Origin: Flavobacteriaceae bacterium | GTDB taxonomy: Bacteria; Bacteroidota; Bacteroidia; Flavobacteriales; Flavobacteriaceae | Reading direction: 5' to 3' | Length of the DNA: 64,000 bases | Assembly: GCA_947451525.1 (NCBI GenBank) | Contig: CANFZM010000013.1 | Location: 5,220-69,219, forward strand | Shown here: in pieces, positions 49,934 to 59,462 of the stretch | Numbering within the stretch: position 1 is the stretch's first letter | Layout of the letters: each line of letters starts with the position of its first letter | Made by a program: the position numbers and the translations under genes | The notes under the pieces: generated by a model | What the model saw: the letters and a program-made list of their open reading frames with translations, nothing else | Told to the model about the DNA's origin: nothing | Database searches by the model: none

Positions 49934-50803
49934 ATGGAATCAATTACGGAAAATACATTACCCATCGGAAAACCAAAATGGTTAAAGGTAAAATTACCAA
50001 TTGGACAAAAATATACCGAACTACGAGGTTTGGTTGACAAATACAAACTGAACACCATTTGCACCTCGGGCAGTTGCCCAAACATGGGCGAATGTTGGGG
50101 AGAAGGAACCGCAACCTTCATGATCCTTGGAAATATATGCACTCGTTCTTGCGGATTTTGCGGTGTAAAAACGGGCCGTCCAGAAACGGTAGATTGGGAC
50201 GAACCTGAAAAAGTAGCGCGTTCTATTAAAATCATGAACATCAAACACGCAGTAATTACTAGCGTGGATAGAGATGATTTAAAAGACATGGGCTCTATTA
50301 TTTGGCTGGAAACCGTTCAAGCCATTCGCAGAATGAATCCTGAAACCACTCTTGAAACTTTAATTCCCGATTTTCAAGGGAATACAAGAAATATCGACCG
50401 AATTGTTGAAGCCAATCCAGAGGTAGTTTCCCATAATATGGAAACCGTCCGTAGATTGACTCGTGAGGTTAGAATTCAAGCCAAATACGATAAAAGTCTG
50501 GAGGTTTTAAGATATCTGAAAGAGCAAGGAATCAAAAGAACCAAATCGGGAATCATGTTGGGACTTGGTGAAACCGAAGCAGAAGTTTTGGAAACTATGC
50601 AAGACATTCGCAATCAAAATGTGGATATTATTACCATTGGGCAATACTTACAACCTAGTAAAAAACACCTTCCGGTAAAAGAATACATTACCCCAGAACA
50701 ATTTGAAAAATACGAAAAAATAGGCAAAGAAATGGGCTTCCGTCATGTTGAAAGTGGTGCTTTAGTGCGCTCTTCTTACCATGCTGCCAAACATATTCTT
50801 TAA
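49934..50803 (+). CDS. lipA: Lipoyl synthase
   Basis: [27 protein letters not shown]. Confidence 0.96.
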   Translation: MESITENTLPIGKPKWLKVKLPIGQKYTELRGLVDKYKLNTICTSGSCPNMGECWGEGTATFMILGNICTRSCGFCGVKTGRPETVDWDEPEKVARSIKIMNIKHAVITSVDRDDLKDMGSIIWLETVQAIRRMNPETTLETLIPDFQGNTRNIDRIVEANPEVVSHNMETVRRLTREVRIQAKYDKSLEVLRYLKEQGIKRTKSGIMLGLGETEAEVLETMQDIRNQNVDIITIGQYLQPSKKHLPVKEYITPEQFEKYEKIGKEMGFRHVESGALVRSSYHAAKHIL

Positions 50804-50816
50804 ATTAAATATAAAA

Positions 50817-51806
50817 TTGAAAACAAGAATTGCCATTAACGGTTTTGGAAGAATTGGAAGAAATCTCTTTCGGTTATTGCTCAACCATCCCACTATTGAA
50901 GTAGTCGCTATTAACGATATTGCCGATAATCGAACGATGGCACATTTGATAAAATACGACAGCATTCATGGGGTTTTACCTTGCGTTGTTTCGTATGAAG
51001 AAAATGCAATTATTGTAGATGGAAAATCGTATTTGTTTTTTCACGAGAAAGAAATTTCCAATCTTAATTGGGATTCTATCGATATGGTAATTGAATCTAC
51101 CGGGAAATACAAAACCTTCGACGAAATTAATGCCCACATTCTAGCAGGTGCAAAAAAAGTAATTCTATCGGCACCATCGGAAGTTCCCGAAATAAAAACC
51201 GTGGTGCTTGGTGTAAACGAACACATTTTAGACGGATCGGAAACGATAGTTTCTAATGCGAGTTGCACTACTAATAATGCGGCTCCAATGATGCAAGTCA
51301 TTAAAGAATTGTGCGGTATAGAACAAGCCTATATTACCACCGTGCATTCGTACACCACCGACCAAAGTCTTCACGACCAACCACATAAAGATTTGCGTCG
51401 CGCTAGAGGTGCAAGCCAATCGATAGTACCAACCACTACTGGAGCAGCCAAAGCATTAACTAAAATATTCCCAGATTTGGAAGGAAAAATTGGAGGATGC
51501 GGCATTCGAGTGCCTGTTCCTGATGGTTCCTTAACCGATATTACTTTTAATGTAACTCGGGAAGTCACTATAGATGAGATCAACTTAGCGTTTAAAAAAG
51601 CCGCAGAAACCAACTTAAAAGGAATTCTAGATTACACAGAAGATCCTATTGTTTCGGTGGATATTATCGGAAACAAAAACTCTTGTGTTTTTGATTCCCA
51701 ACTAACTTCAGTAATTGATAAAATGGGTAAAGTGGTTGGTTGGTACGATAATGAAGTAGGATATTCTTCAAGAATTATCGACTTAATTCAATTTATGAAT
51801 AAGTAG
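50817..51806 (+). CDS. gap: Type I glyceraldehyde-3-phosphate dehydrogenase
   Basis: INGFGRIGR, SNASCTTN, WYDNE; probable TTG start at 50817. Confidence 0.92.
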   Translation: MKTRIAINGFGRIGRNLFRLLLNHPTIEVVAINDIADNRTMAHLIKYDSIHGVLPCVVSYEENAIIVDGKSYLFFHEKEISNLNWDSIDMVIESTGKYKTFDEINAHILAGAKKVILSAPSEVPEIKTVVLGVNEHILDGSETIVSNASCTTNNAAPMMQVIKELCGIEQAYITTVHSYTTDQSLHDQPHKDLRRARGASQSIVPTTTGAAKALTKIFPDLEGKIGGCGIRVPVPDGSLTDITFNVTREVTIDEINLAFKKAAETNLKGILDYTEDPIVSVDIIGNKNSCVFDSQLTSVIDKMGKVVGWYDNEVGYSSRIIDLIQFMNK

Positions 51807-51938
51807 TTGACACGAATTTCACTAAATTACATGGGCTAGCAATTACTTGGTGGCAAGTTGCACCGAAATGACGCATATGAAAAATCAATTGCTTTCAGTC
51901 TTTTAAAAAAATAGAATTGTAAAAATAGAAACACATAC

Positions 51939-52316
51939 TTGAAAATGAATTTATTGAAACGAATTTTACTGTATATAATCTTAATTCTCGGATATTACTT
52001 TTCAACTTTTATTTATTTTAAAATAGGTTCTCAACTACCTTTTAAAGAAATTTTTTGGAATGCATTTTTAATCTTTAGCATTATGGATATTTTGGTAGCT
52101 TTTTTTTTTATAAAAATAAATCCAATTACAAATATTTTAGTCGGAATTTTAATTGCGTATTTAAGTTTATTATTAGCCTTTAAATTCTCTGATTTTTATT
52201 ATCCTCCATCTGACCCGTATGGAATTAATACCGCAATAATTGGTAATATATTATTCTCTATCATCAATTGGGAAATTGCATATCAAATAAAGAAAAAGGC
52301 TATCAACCGTTTCTAA
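51939..52316 (+). CDS. Small membrane protein (cassette cargo)
   Basis: 125 aa, about 4 hydrophobic segments, very AT-rich. Confidence 0.65.
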   Translation: MKMNLLKRILLYIILILGYYFSTFIYFKIGSQLPFKEIFWNAFLIFSIMDILVAFFFIKINPITNILVGILIAYLSLLLAFKFSDFYYPPSDPYGINTAIIGNILFSIINWEIAYQIKKKAINRF

Positions 52317-52370
52317 AAACAAAAAAAACATTTCATAATTACTTAATATTCCAAAGTGGAAACGTGTAAA

Positions 52371-52481
52371 ATGGAAAACGAGTACAGAAGCATAATGAAA
52401 AAGTTGGAAATTTTCGGTGTTCTAACAGAAATCCGACATCCAAAACTTGAAAATATTGAAGAAACACGTGATTTACGATGA
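52371..52481 (+). pseudogene. Short ORF or 3' gene remnant ending just before the attC-like site
   Basis: MENEYRSIMKKLEIFGVLTEIRHPKLENIEETRDLR*; stop 8 nt before the inverse core TGCCACCAAC. Confidence 0.35.
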
Positions 52482-52489
52482 CAACAACC

Positions 52490-52620
52490 TGCCACCAACA
52501 TACGCTACAAGCAATTTGGGTTTTAGGCTTAATTGGAAGTTGGTTTTGTATTTGGAAAAAGATTTGGCAAATCCGAATAATGGGCTTAATTTAGTCCCAA
52601 ACTGCGTGTAGCTCGGGAAC
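52490..52620 (+). mobile_element. attC-like recombination site (integron-cassette-like)
   Basis: TGCCACCAAC then an imperfect inverted repeat GCTACAAGCAATTTGGG (52504-52520) / CCCAAACTGCGTGTAGC (52596-52612), 15/17 pairing; matching TTGGTGGCA at 51847-51855. Confidence 0.55.
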
Positions 52621-52634
52621 TTTCATTGTTTTAG

Positions 52635-52703
52635 TCCTGCAAGGTTTAAAAAACCTTGTAGGTATTTAATTTACACCTACAAGGTTTTTGAAACCTTGCA
52701 GGA
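52635..52703. repeat. Inverted pair of 29-nt palindromes (BIME-like)
   Basis: TCCTGCAAGGTTTAAAAAACCTTGTAGGT and ACCTACAAGGTTTTTGAAACCTTGCAGGA, 28/29 as reverse complements. Confidence 0.8.
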
Positions 52704-52749
52704 TAAACAGATAAATTCAAAATATAATTTGTAAAATTTTGTAAAAAAA

Positions 52750-53562
52750 CTAATACTGAATAATCAATTCTTTAATTAATTTTCGAACGGAAGGCTCTGC
52801 TTTTTCAGCCGCTTTCAAGACTTCGGCATGGTTTACTTCTTCAATATTTTCTTCATCACCCATATCGGTAATAACGGACAATCCGAAAACTTCCATTTCC
52901 ATGTGTCGTGCCACAATAACTTCTGGAACAGTAGACATCCCTACGCAATCGGCACCAATATTTTTCACCATTCGGTATTCTGCCAAGGTTTCAAAAGTTG
53001 GTCCTTGCAAGCCCATATATACTCCGTCTTGCACTTCAATGTTTAAGGAAGCCGCAACTTCTTTTGCTTTAAGCAACATGGCTCGACTATAAGGTTCGCT
53101 CATGTTTACAAAACGAGGACCAAAACGTTCGTCATTTTTTCCGCGTAACGGATGCTCGGGCATCATATTAATATGGTCTTTAATAAGCACTATAGAACCT
53201 ACTTCGTAGTTTGGATTTACCCCACCCGAAGCATTTGAAACTACTAATTTAGTTACTCCCAAAAACTTCATCACTCGCACAGGGAAAGTAACTTGTTTCA
53301 TGTCATAACCTTCATAAAAATGAAAACGGCCTTGCATGGCAACAACTCTTTTGGACCCGATAGTTCCAAAAACCAAAGCACCTTTATGACCCTGAACTGT
53401 AGATACTGGAAAATTTGGAATTTCCGAATAAGGCAAGGTACATTCTACTTCGATATCGTCCGTAAAACTGCCTAATCCCGAACCTAAAATTACACCATAT
53501 TCCGGTGTAAAACCTATTTTTTCTTTAATATAACTAACGGTTTCTTGAACTTGCTCCCACAT
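52750..53562 (-). CDS. punA: Purine-nucleoside phosphorylase
   Basis: LGSGLG, VQGHKG, QGRFHFYEG, GPTFETLAE, VGMSTVPE. Confidence 0.92.
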   Translation of the reverse strand: MWEQVQETVSYIKEKIGFTPEYGVILGSGLGSFTDDIEVECTLPYSEIPNFPVSTVQGHKGALVFGTIGSKRVVAMQGRFHFYEGYDMKQVTFPVRVMKFLGVTKLVVSNASGGVNPNYEVGSIVLIKDHINMMPEHPLRGKNDERFGPRFVNMSEPYSRAMLLKAKEVAASLNIEVQDGVYMGLQGPTFETLAEYRMVKNIGADCVGMSTVPEVIVARHMEMEVFGLSVITDMGDEENIEEVNHAEVLKAAEKAEPSVRKLIKELIIQY

Positions 53563-53686
53563 AATTTTTTTCTTTATTTCTTATTCAAATATAATGTAAT
53601 TAAAAAACATAAAATAATTTTGTTGGAGAAAAAAAATAATCTTCAAAATAATATTTTTGTTATATTTGTTTTTTAAATGAAAAAAA

Positions 53687-55276
53687 ATGAAAAAAATAGT
53701 CGCATTTATTTTATTAAGTTCTTTTGCTTTTTCACAAACACCACATATTGATTGGATTAAATATTTTGGAGGAACTAATCCAAACAATGTCATACCTGGC
53801 TATCTAGGATCTTATGATGCGCAATCTATTCAAAAAACATCCGATGGTGGTTATGTTATTGCAGGAGTAACATCGGTTGCAAGTGCCGAATCAGTTGATT
53901 ATCATGGTTCTTTAGATGGATTCGTGGTTAAATTAAACTCTAATTATGAAACGGAGTGGTCAAGATGTTATGGAACCGCCGGAACGGAGAAGATTTGGGA
54001 AATAAAACAAACTTTAGATGGCGGATATGTGTTTACTGGAACCCAATATTCTGCTGCAACTCATGGAGATTATTGGATAGGAAGATTATCCAGCACAGGG
54101 GATTTATTATGGCAAAAAACCTACGGAGGAAGTCTTGATGATGTTGCCGAAAGTATTGAAGTATTGAATACTGGAGAATTTTTAGTTGCAGGCACAACAA
54201 GCTCCTCAGATAATTATATTGCTGCTACTTTCCCATTTAACAATCATGGTAATAGTGATTATTGGGTAATAAAACTTGACTCTAATGGGAATTTTATTTT
54301 TGGAAGACCCCTAGGAGGCGCAAGTGTCGATATTTGTCATACTATGGTGTCCAACCCAGACGGAAGCTATGTAGTTGCAGGAGAGACCACTTCTCATGAT
54401 GGTCAAGTTAATTGTCCAAATTTATATTCTCCCTGCGAATCGAGTATTTGGATCGCCAAAGTAGCAAACAATAATTTTATTTATAACACTTGGGCTAGTT
54501 GTTTTAGTCCAATTATGCCGAGTGCTAATTTTTATAATATTCCATATCGAATAATCAAAACTAATGATGCCGGTTATTTAATTGTTGGACAACGACAAGA
54601 TCATTTTGACAGTCATATCGGAGCGGATTTTTGGGCTATAAAAATTGACTCAGATGGAAACGAAATGTGGCAAAATTGTTATGGCGGAACGAAAGACGAT
54701 GTTGCTTCTTCGGTAAGACAAACTAGTGATGGAGGCTATATAATTGTAGGATACACCTATTCATCAAATGACCAAGTTATTATAAACTACTCTACGAATA
54801 ATCTTATGCCAAATGCATGGATGATTAAAATTAACGCCAATGGGGCTTTACAATGGCAAAAATCCGTAAGCGGAAGATATAATAACTTTTTTTATGACGT
54901 TGTAGAAGCAAATCCTAACGAGTATATTGCTGTTGGAACTGGACCTTGGATGGGGAATGAAGGGGATTATACCGAATGCAATGGAAGACAATTTATGGCA
55001 GTAAAAATTTCAACAACTGCATTAAATGTAAATGAAAACGATTTATCTGACTTTAGTTTAGAACTATTTCCTAATCCAACAAGTTCTTTAATACATTATA
55101 AAACCAATGCAATTATAAAAAGTGTTTCTTATACTGATATTAGTGGCCGTTGTGTTCTTGAATCCCATTCGGATACTATTACAGAGACGGACATTTCATC
55201 CCTTTCAAGTGGAATTTACTTAGTAAAAATATCAAATGGAGTTACAAGTACCTCAAGAAAAATAATAAAAGAATAA
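53687..55276 (+). CDS. T9SS type A sorting domain protein with beta-propeller repeats
   Basis: Signal peptide; repeated (T/S)DGGY blades; C-terminal LFPNP...LSSGIYLV...RKIIKE. Confidence 0.85.
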   Translation: MKKIVAFILLSSFAFSQTPHIDWIKYFGGTNPNNVIPGYLGSYDAQSIQKTSDGGYVIAGVTSVASAESVDYHGSLDGFVVKLNSNYETEWSRCYGTAGTEKIWEIKQTLDGGYVFTGTQYSAATHGDYWIGRLSSTGDLLWQKTYGGSLDDVAESIEVLNTGEFLVAGTTSSSDNYIAATFPFNNHGNSDYWVIKLDSNGNFIFGRPLGGASVDICHTMVSNPDGSYVVAGETTSHDGQVNCPNLYSPCESSIWIAKVANNNFIYNTWASCFSPIMPSANFYNIPYRIIKTNDAGYLIVGQRQDHFDSHIGADFWAIKIDSDGNEMWQNCYGGTKDDVASSVRQTSDGGYIIVGYTYSSNDQVIINYSTNNLMPNAWMIKINANGALQWQKSVSGRYNNFFYDVVEANPNEYIAVGTGPWMGNEGDYTECNGRQFMAVKISTTALNVNENDLSDFSLELFPNPTSSLIHYKTNAIIKSVSYTDISGRCVLESHSDTITETDISSLSSGIYLVKISNGVTSTSRKIIKE

Positions 55277-55301
55277 TTGAAAATTTCTTTTTATGGCTAT
55301 T

Positions 55302-56318
55302 TCAAGACTTTAAATTCTGTTCTAGATAATTTGAAATTTTATTATCTAATTCTTCCCTTTTACCAAGGAAACTACTTTTTATTGGCAAATAATATATTGG
55401 TGTTTTCCAATGGTGGTGCATCAAACGAACGAAATCTTTTTCGGTCGTAATAATCACCTTATTATTTGCTTTGGCTTCTATTTGATTCAAATCTTTTTCC
55501 GTAAAAAAATGATGGTCTGGATACACCAAACAATCGTCTTTTGAAACTTCTAAATAATTAAAAAATGGCTCTGGTTTTGCTATTCCAGCAATTACCAATT
55601 TGTTTAACAACTTAATTTCGCTAACTTTTTTACTTTCGTTTGGATTATAAACCAAGTCGTCATAATCAATATAACTAAAATAAATTGGAACCACCAACCC
55701 TATTTTATTTTTAATATTTTGCTGTGCAATCTCCGATAAATCTTTCGGACATTTGGTGACAATTATCACATCGGCACGCTTTGCTCCTCTTCTGCTTTCG
55801 CGCAGATTGCCTGTTGGAAGCAGGTAATCATCGCAAAACAAATCATCGTAAGACGAAAGTAAAATATAAAAACCTGCTTTCACTCGACGGTGTTGGAAGG
55901 CATCATCTAGCAAAATAACTTCGGGTTTATCCTTTAAAGATAGTAATTTTTCTATTCCGTTTTTTCTATCTGCATCTACAGCAACTTTAATTTGAGGAAA
56001 CTTTTGATGGATTTGAAAAGGTTCATCGCCAAGAATTTCGGCAGTAGAATTGGCATCTGCTAAAATAAAACCTTCTGATTTTCGCTTATAACCTCTGCTT
56101 AAAGTCGCAATTTTATAATTTGGAGCAAGCAAACGAATTAAATATTCTATTTGTGGCGTTTTTCCGGTTCCGCCAACACTTAAATTCCCAACTGCAATAA
56201 CAGGGACTTCAAAAGAATACGAACGTAAAATCCCTTTATCAAAAAGGAAATTTCGGATAGATGTAATAAACCCATACAAAATGGAAAATGGAAAAAGTAT
56301 TTTTCGAAGGAAATTCAT
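55302..56318 (-). CDS. lpxK: Tetraacyldisaccharide 4'-kinase
   Basis: VGNLSVGGTGKTP, LSRGYKR, GDEP, LDDAFQHR, TTEKD. Confidence 0.95.
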   Translation of the reverse strand: MNFLRKILFPFSILYGFITSIRNFLFDKGILRSYSFEVPVIAVGNLSVGGTGKTPQIEYLIRLLAPNYKIATLSRGYKRKSEGFILADANSTAEILGDEPFQIHQKFPQIKVAVDADRKNGIEKLLSLKDKPEVILLDDAFQHRRVKAGFYILLSSYDDLFCDDYLLPTGNLRESRRGAKRADVIIVTKCPKDLSEIAQQNIKNKIGLVVPIYFSYIDYDDLVYNPNESKKVSEIKLLNKLVIAGIAKPEPFFNYLEVSKDDCLVYPDHHFFTEKDLNQIEAKANNKVIITTEKDFVRLMHHHWKTPIYYLPIKSSFLGKREELDNKISNYLEQNLKS

Positions 56319-56321
56319 ACG

Positions 56322-56603
56322 CTATTTATCAGAATAATGACCCATTGCCGAAATAACTTCTACTAAGACTAAAGTGTCATTTACAGAGTATATTATTCTG
56401 TCTTTTTGATTTATTTTTCTGAACCAAAAGCCAAATAAACTATATTTTAATTGCTCCGGATTTCCAACTCCTGTAAAAGGATGGTTTTCTAAATCTTCAA
56501 ATATTTTTGAAATTTTGTTCAAATTGGATTTATTACCTGATTTTTTATGTTTTTGAAGATGCTCTTTGGCCAAATCGGTTAACTCAATTATATACTTTGC
56601 CAT
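56322..56603 (-). CDS. Txe/YoeB family toxin
   Basis: HPFTGVGNPEQLKY, RKINQKDRIIYSV, SAMGHY. Confidence 0.9.
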   Translation of the reverse strand: MAKYIIELTDLAKEHLQKHKKSGNKSNLNKISKIFEDLENHPFTGVGNPEQLKYSLFGFWFRKINQKDRIIYSVNDTLVLVEVISAMGHYSDK

Positions 56604-56827
56604 AGGTTTTTGGAGTTTACAGTAGTTCTGTTTTTACTCTTAGCCGATTCTAAAACCATAGTAACGAATTCCGGATTATAAGGAATTTCTTTCTTTCCAG
56701 ATTTTTTATCCGAAACATTTTCAATAATTTCAATTCCTTCAACCCCTTTAAAAAAAGTTTCTGACATAGCCATAAATGCTTTTCCGGCTTTAGTGCGTTT
56801 GTTAATTTTTATAGTAAATGTGGTCAT
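56588..56827 (-). CDS. Cognate antitoxin (DUF2683-like)
   Basis: 79 aa upstream of and overlapping the toxin by 16 nt; PYNPEFV motif. Confidence 0.75.
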   Translation of the reverse strand: MTTFTIKINKRTKAGKAFMAMSETFFKGVEGIEIIENVSDKKSGKKEIPYNPEFVTMVLESAKSKNRTTVNSKNLWQSI

Positions 56828-56847
56828 AATATTGAAATTTTGAATTA

Positions 56848-56855
56848 CAAAGATA
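56848..56855 (-). promoter_or_regulatory. -7 promoter box for the TA-lpxK transcript
   Basis: Revcomp TATCTTTG 20 nt before the antitoxin ATG. Confidence 0.6.
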
Positions 56856-56940
56856 CAAAAAACGGGGTATTTTATTTTCTAAAAATAATACGACTACTAA
56901 TATAACATTTTTTTATCTTTGGAATGGAAAAAAATTAGAA

Positions 56941-57504
56941 ATGAAATTGACTTTTAAACTTTTTATTGCCTTTGTATTTTGCTTTCAATTTGGATTTACT
57001 CAAGAAAGCCAAGATGCTGCTATACTTAAAATTTTATTGAGCAAATACTATCAAAATGAAAAAGTTATTGTAAAAAACAGAATGCAATATCTGAATTTCT
57101 ATTGTCAGAAAGCACCAAACAACGAAGAAACTTTTGAAGTAATTCATAAAAATGAGTTGTTGAAAAAGAATTCGGCGGAAATAAAAAAACAAGTAAATAC
57201 AGTTGTTACCGAAGATTGGATGAAAGAAATGAGTATCATTTTCAATAATCAAAATCAATACCTTAAAAGTAAAGTGAATAATTGTTTATCTTTAGAAGAG
57301 TATCAAAAAATATCCTTAAAAGCCGACGAAAACAACCAACGGTTAATGATTGTTAGCAAACCGATGTATTTTGGAGTGAAATATTGCTTGGTAAAAGTGG
57401 CTTTTTATAGAAATATTGAACACAATAATGGTTGTTTTTTATTATTGGAAAATATAAATAATACTTGGGTTATAAAGGAATTATTAAACGAATGGGCAAC
57501 TTGA
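56941..57504 (+). CDS. Hypothetical secreted protein
   Basis: Signal-peptide-like N-terminus; own TATCTTTG box at 56914-56921. Confidence 0.7.
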   Translation: MKLTFKLFIAFVFCFQFGFTQESQDAAILKILLSKYYQNEKVIVKNRMQYLNFYCQKAPNNEETFEVIHKNELLKKNSAEIKKQVNTVVTEDWMKEMSIIFNNQNQYLKSKVNNCLSLEEYQKISLKADENNQRLMIVSKPMYFGVKYCLVKVAFYRNIEHNNGCFLLLENINNTWVIKELLNEWAT

Positions 57505-57551
57505 TTTGGTTTCAAGTTTAAGGTTTTGGGAAATATATAATATCGCATTTA

Positions 57552-58646
57552 ATGAAAATAAAAGAAATCATTACAGTCCTTGAAGAAATGGCACCTTTGG
57601 CGTATGCCGAGGATTTTGACAATGTAGGATTATTAGTAGGAAATCAAGATGACGAGGCCACTGGAGTATTAGTATGTCATGATGCTTTGGAAAGCGTAAT
57701 TGACGAAGCCATTGCTAAAAAGTGCAATCTTGTGGTGTGCTTCCACCCTATTTTATTTTCTGGAATTAAGAAAATTACTGGCAAAAATTATGTGGAACGT
57801 TCAGTGTTAAAAGCCATCAAAAATGACATAGCAATTTACGCAGTCCATACGGCTTTAGACAACCATAAAAATGGTGTGAACAAGATTTTTTGTGATGCTT
57901 TAGGGTTAACAAATACTAAAATATTGGTTCCTAAACCTAATTTTATTCAGAAGTTGGTTACCTATACCATTCCCGAAAATGTAGAGCAAGTTCGCAATGC
58001 ATTATTTGATGCAGGTGCAGGAAAAATTGGAAATTATGACGATTGCAGTTTTACCTCGCAAGGAATTGGAACGTATATGGGTAATGAAAACAGCAATCCC
58101 GAAATTGGGGAACGATTTGAATTTGTGGAAGCACAAGAAATAAAAATTGAAGTAACCTTTGAAAAACATTTGCAAAATAAAATTCTGAAAGCCTTATTTA
58201 AAAATCATGTTTACGAAGAAGTTGCTTATGAAATTTACGATTTGCAAAATACCCATCAAAATATAGGCCTAGGTATGGTTGGTGAATTGGAAAAACCACT
58301 ATCTGAAATTGAATTTTTACAATTAGTAAAAACCAAAATGCAATGTGGCGGAATTAGACATTCTACTTTGTTAGGAAAATCGATAAAAAAGGTTGCAGTT
58401 CTTGGAGGTTCTGGAAGTTTTGCCATAAAAAACGCAATTCAGGCTGGAGCCGATGTTTTTTTAACTGCCGATTTGAAATACCACAACTTTTATGAGGCTG
58501 AAAATCAGATAGTTTTAGCCGATATTGGACATTTTGAAAGTGAAAGGTATACAAAAAATTATATTGTTGACTATCTTAAAGAAAAAATTACTAATTTTGC
58601 ATTCGTTTTATCGGAAGAAAATACTAATCCAGTTAAGTACTTATAG
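57552..58646 (+). CDS. Nif3-like dinuclear metal centre protein
   Basis: DNVGLLVG, FHP, HTALD, HVYEEVAY, TADLKYH, GHFESE. Confidence 0.92.
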   Translation: MKIKEIITVLEEMAPLAYAEDFDNVGLLVGNQDDEATGVLVCHDALESVIDEAIAKKCNLVVCFHPILFSGIKKITGKNYVERSVLKAIKNDIAIYAVHTALDNHKNGVNKIFCDALGLTNTKILVPKPNFIQKLVTYTIPENVEQVRNALFDAGAGKIGNYDDCSFTSQGIGTYMGNENSNPEIGERFEFVEAQEIKIEVTFEKHLQNKILKALFKNHVYEEVAYEIYDLQNTHQNIGLGMVGELEKPLSEIEFLQLVKTKMQCGGIRHSTLLGKSIKKVAVLGGSGSFAIKNAIQAGADVFLTADLKYHNFYEAENQIVLADIGHFESERYTKNYIVDYLKEKITNFAFVLSEENTNPVKYL

Positions 58647-58649
58647 AAA

Positions 58650-59429
58650 ATGGCTACTACAAAAGAATTGAGCGTTGAAGAAAAATTAAGAGCGCTTTAC
58701 GATTTACAAATTATCGACACTAGAATTGACGAAATTAGAAACGTAAGAGGGGAATTGCCTTTAGAAGTGGAAGATCTTGAAGATGAAGTAGCGGGTTTGA
58801 CTACTCGTTTAGAGAAATTACAATCTGACTTGGTTTCTATTGAAGATAGCATCAAATCTAAAAAAACGGCAATTGATAACCATCATTTGGCAATAAAAAA
58901 ATATGCCGAACAACAAAAAGATGTTCGTAACAATAGAGAATTCAATGCTTTAACAAAAGAGGTTGAGTTTCAAGAATTAGAAATTCAATTGGCTGAAAAG
59001 CAAATTAAAGAACTTAAAGCTTCTACAGAACACAAAAAAGAAGTAGTTGCAAATTCTAAAGATAAATTAGAACAAAAAACTACCCACTTAAAACATAAAA
59101 AAGCAGAATTAAGCGATATTATGTCGGAAACTGAAAAGGAAGAAACTTTTTTAACTCAAAAATCTACAGAATTTGAAGGTTTAATAGAAGAAAGACTGCT
59201 TGCTGCTTATACTAGAATTCGTTCTAGCGTAAGAAACGGATTAGCAGTTGTTTCCATTGAAAGAGGTGCTTCTGCAGGTTCTTTCTTTACTATTCCTCCA
59301 CAAATTCAAGTTGAAATTGCTGCTAGAAAAAAGATCATCACCGATGAACATTCTGGAAGAATTTTAGTAGATGCTGCCTTGGCAGATGAAGAAAAAGAAA
59401 AAATGGATAAAATATTCGCAAAAATGTAA
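58650..59429 (+). CDS. Coiled-coil protein with degenerate C4 zinc-ribbon domain
   Basis: Long coiled coil, NNREFNAL, C-terminal SAGSFFTIPPQ...DEHSGRIL; follows Nif3. Confidence 0.8.
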   Translation: MATTKELSVEEKLRALYDLQIIDTRIDEIRNVRGELPLEVEDLEDEVAGLTTRLEKLQSDLVSIEDSIKSKKTAIDNHHLAIKKYAEQQKDVRNNREFNALTKEVEFQELEIQLAEKQIKELKASTEHKKEVVANSKDKLEQKTTHLKHKKAELSDIMSETEKEETFLTQKSTEFEGLIEERLLAAYTRIRSSVRNGLAVVSIERGASAGSFFTIPPQIQVEIAARKKIITDEHSGRILVDAALADEEKEKMDKIFAKM

Positions 59430-59435
59430 TATCTT

Positions 59436-59462
59436 AAATCCCGATTCAATCGGGATTTTTTT
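59436..59462 (+). terminator. Intrinsic terminator after the Nif3 operon
   Basis: AAATCCCGATT / AATCGGGATTTTTTT. Confidence 0.8.

Noticed and set aside
49813-50037. 74-aa ORF overlapping the lipA start
   Set aside because: It spans a terminator and the lipA promoter, has low-complexity composition and is out of frame with lipA.
53581-53793. 70-aa minus-strand ORF upstream of punA
   Set aside because: It overlaps the T9SS gene start and an AT-rich promoter region, with no recognisable features.
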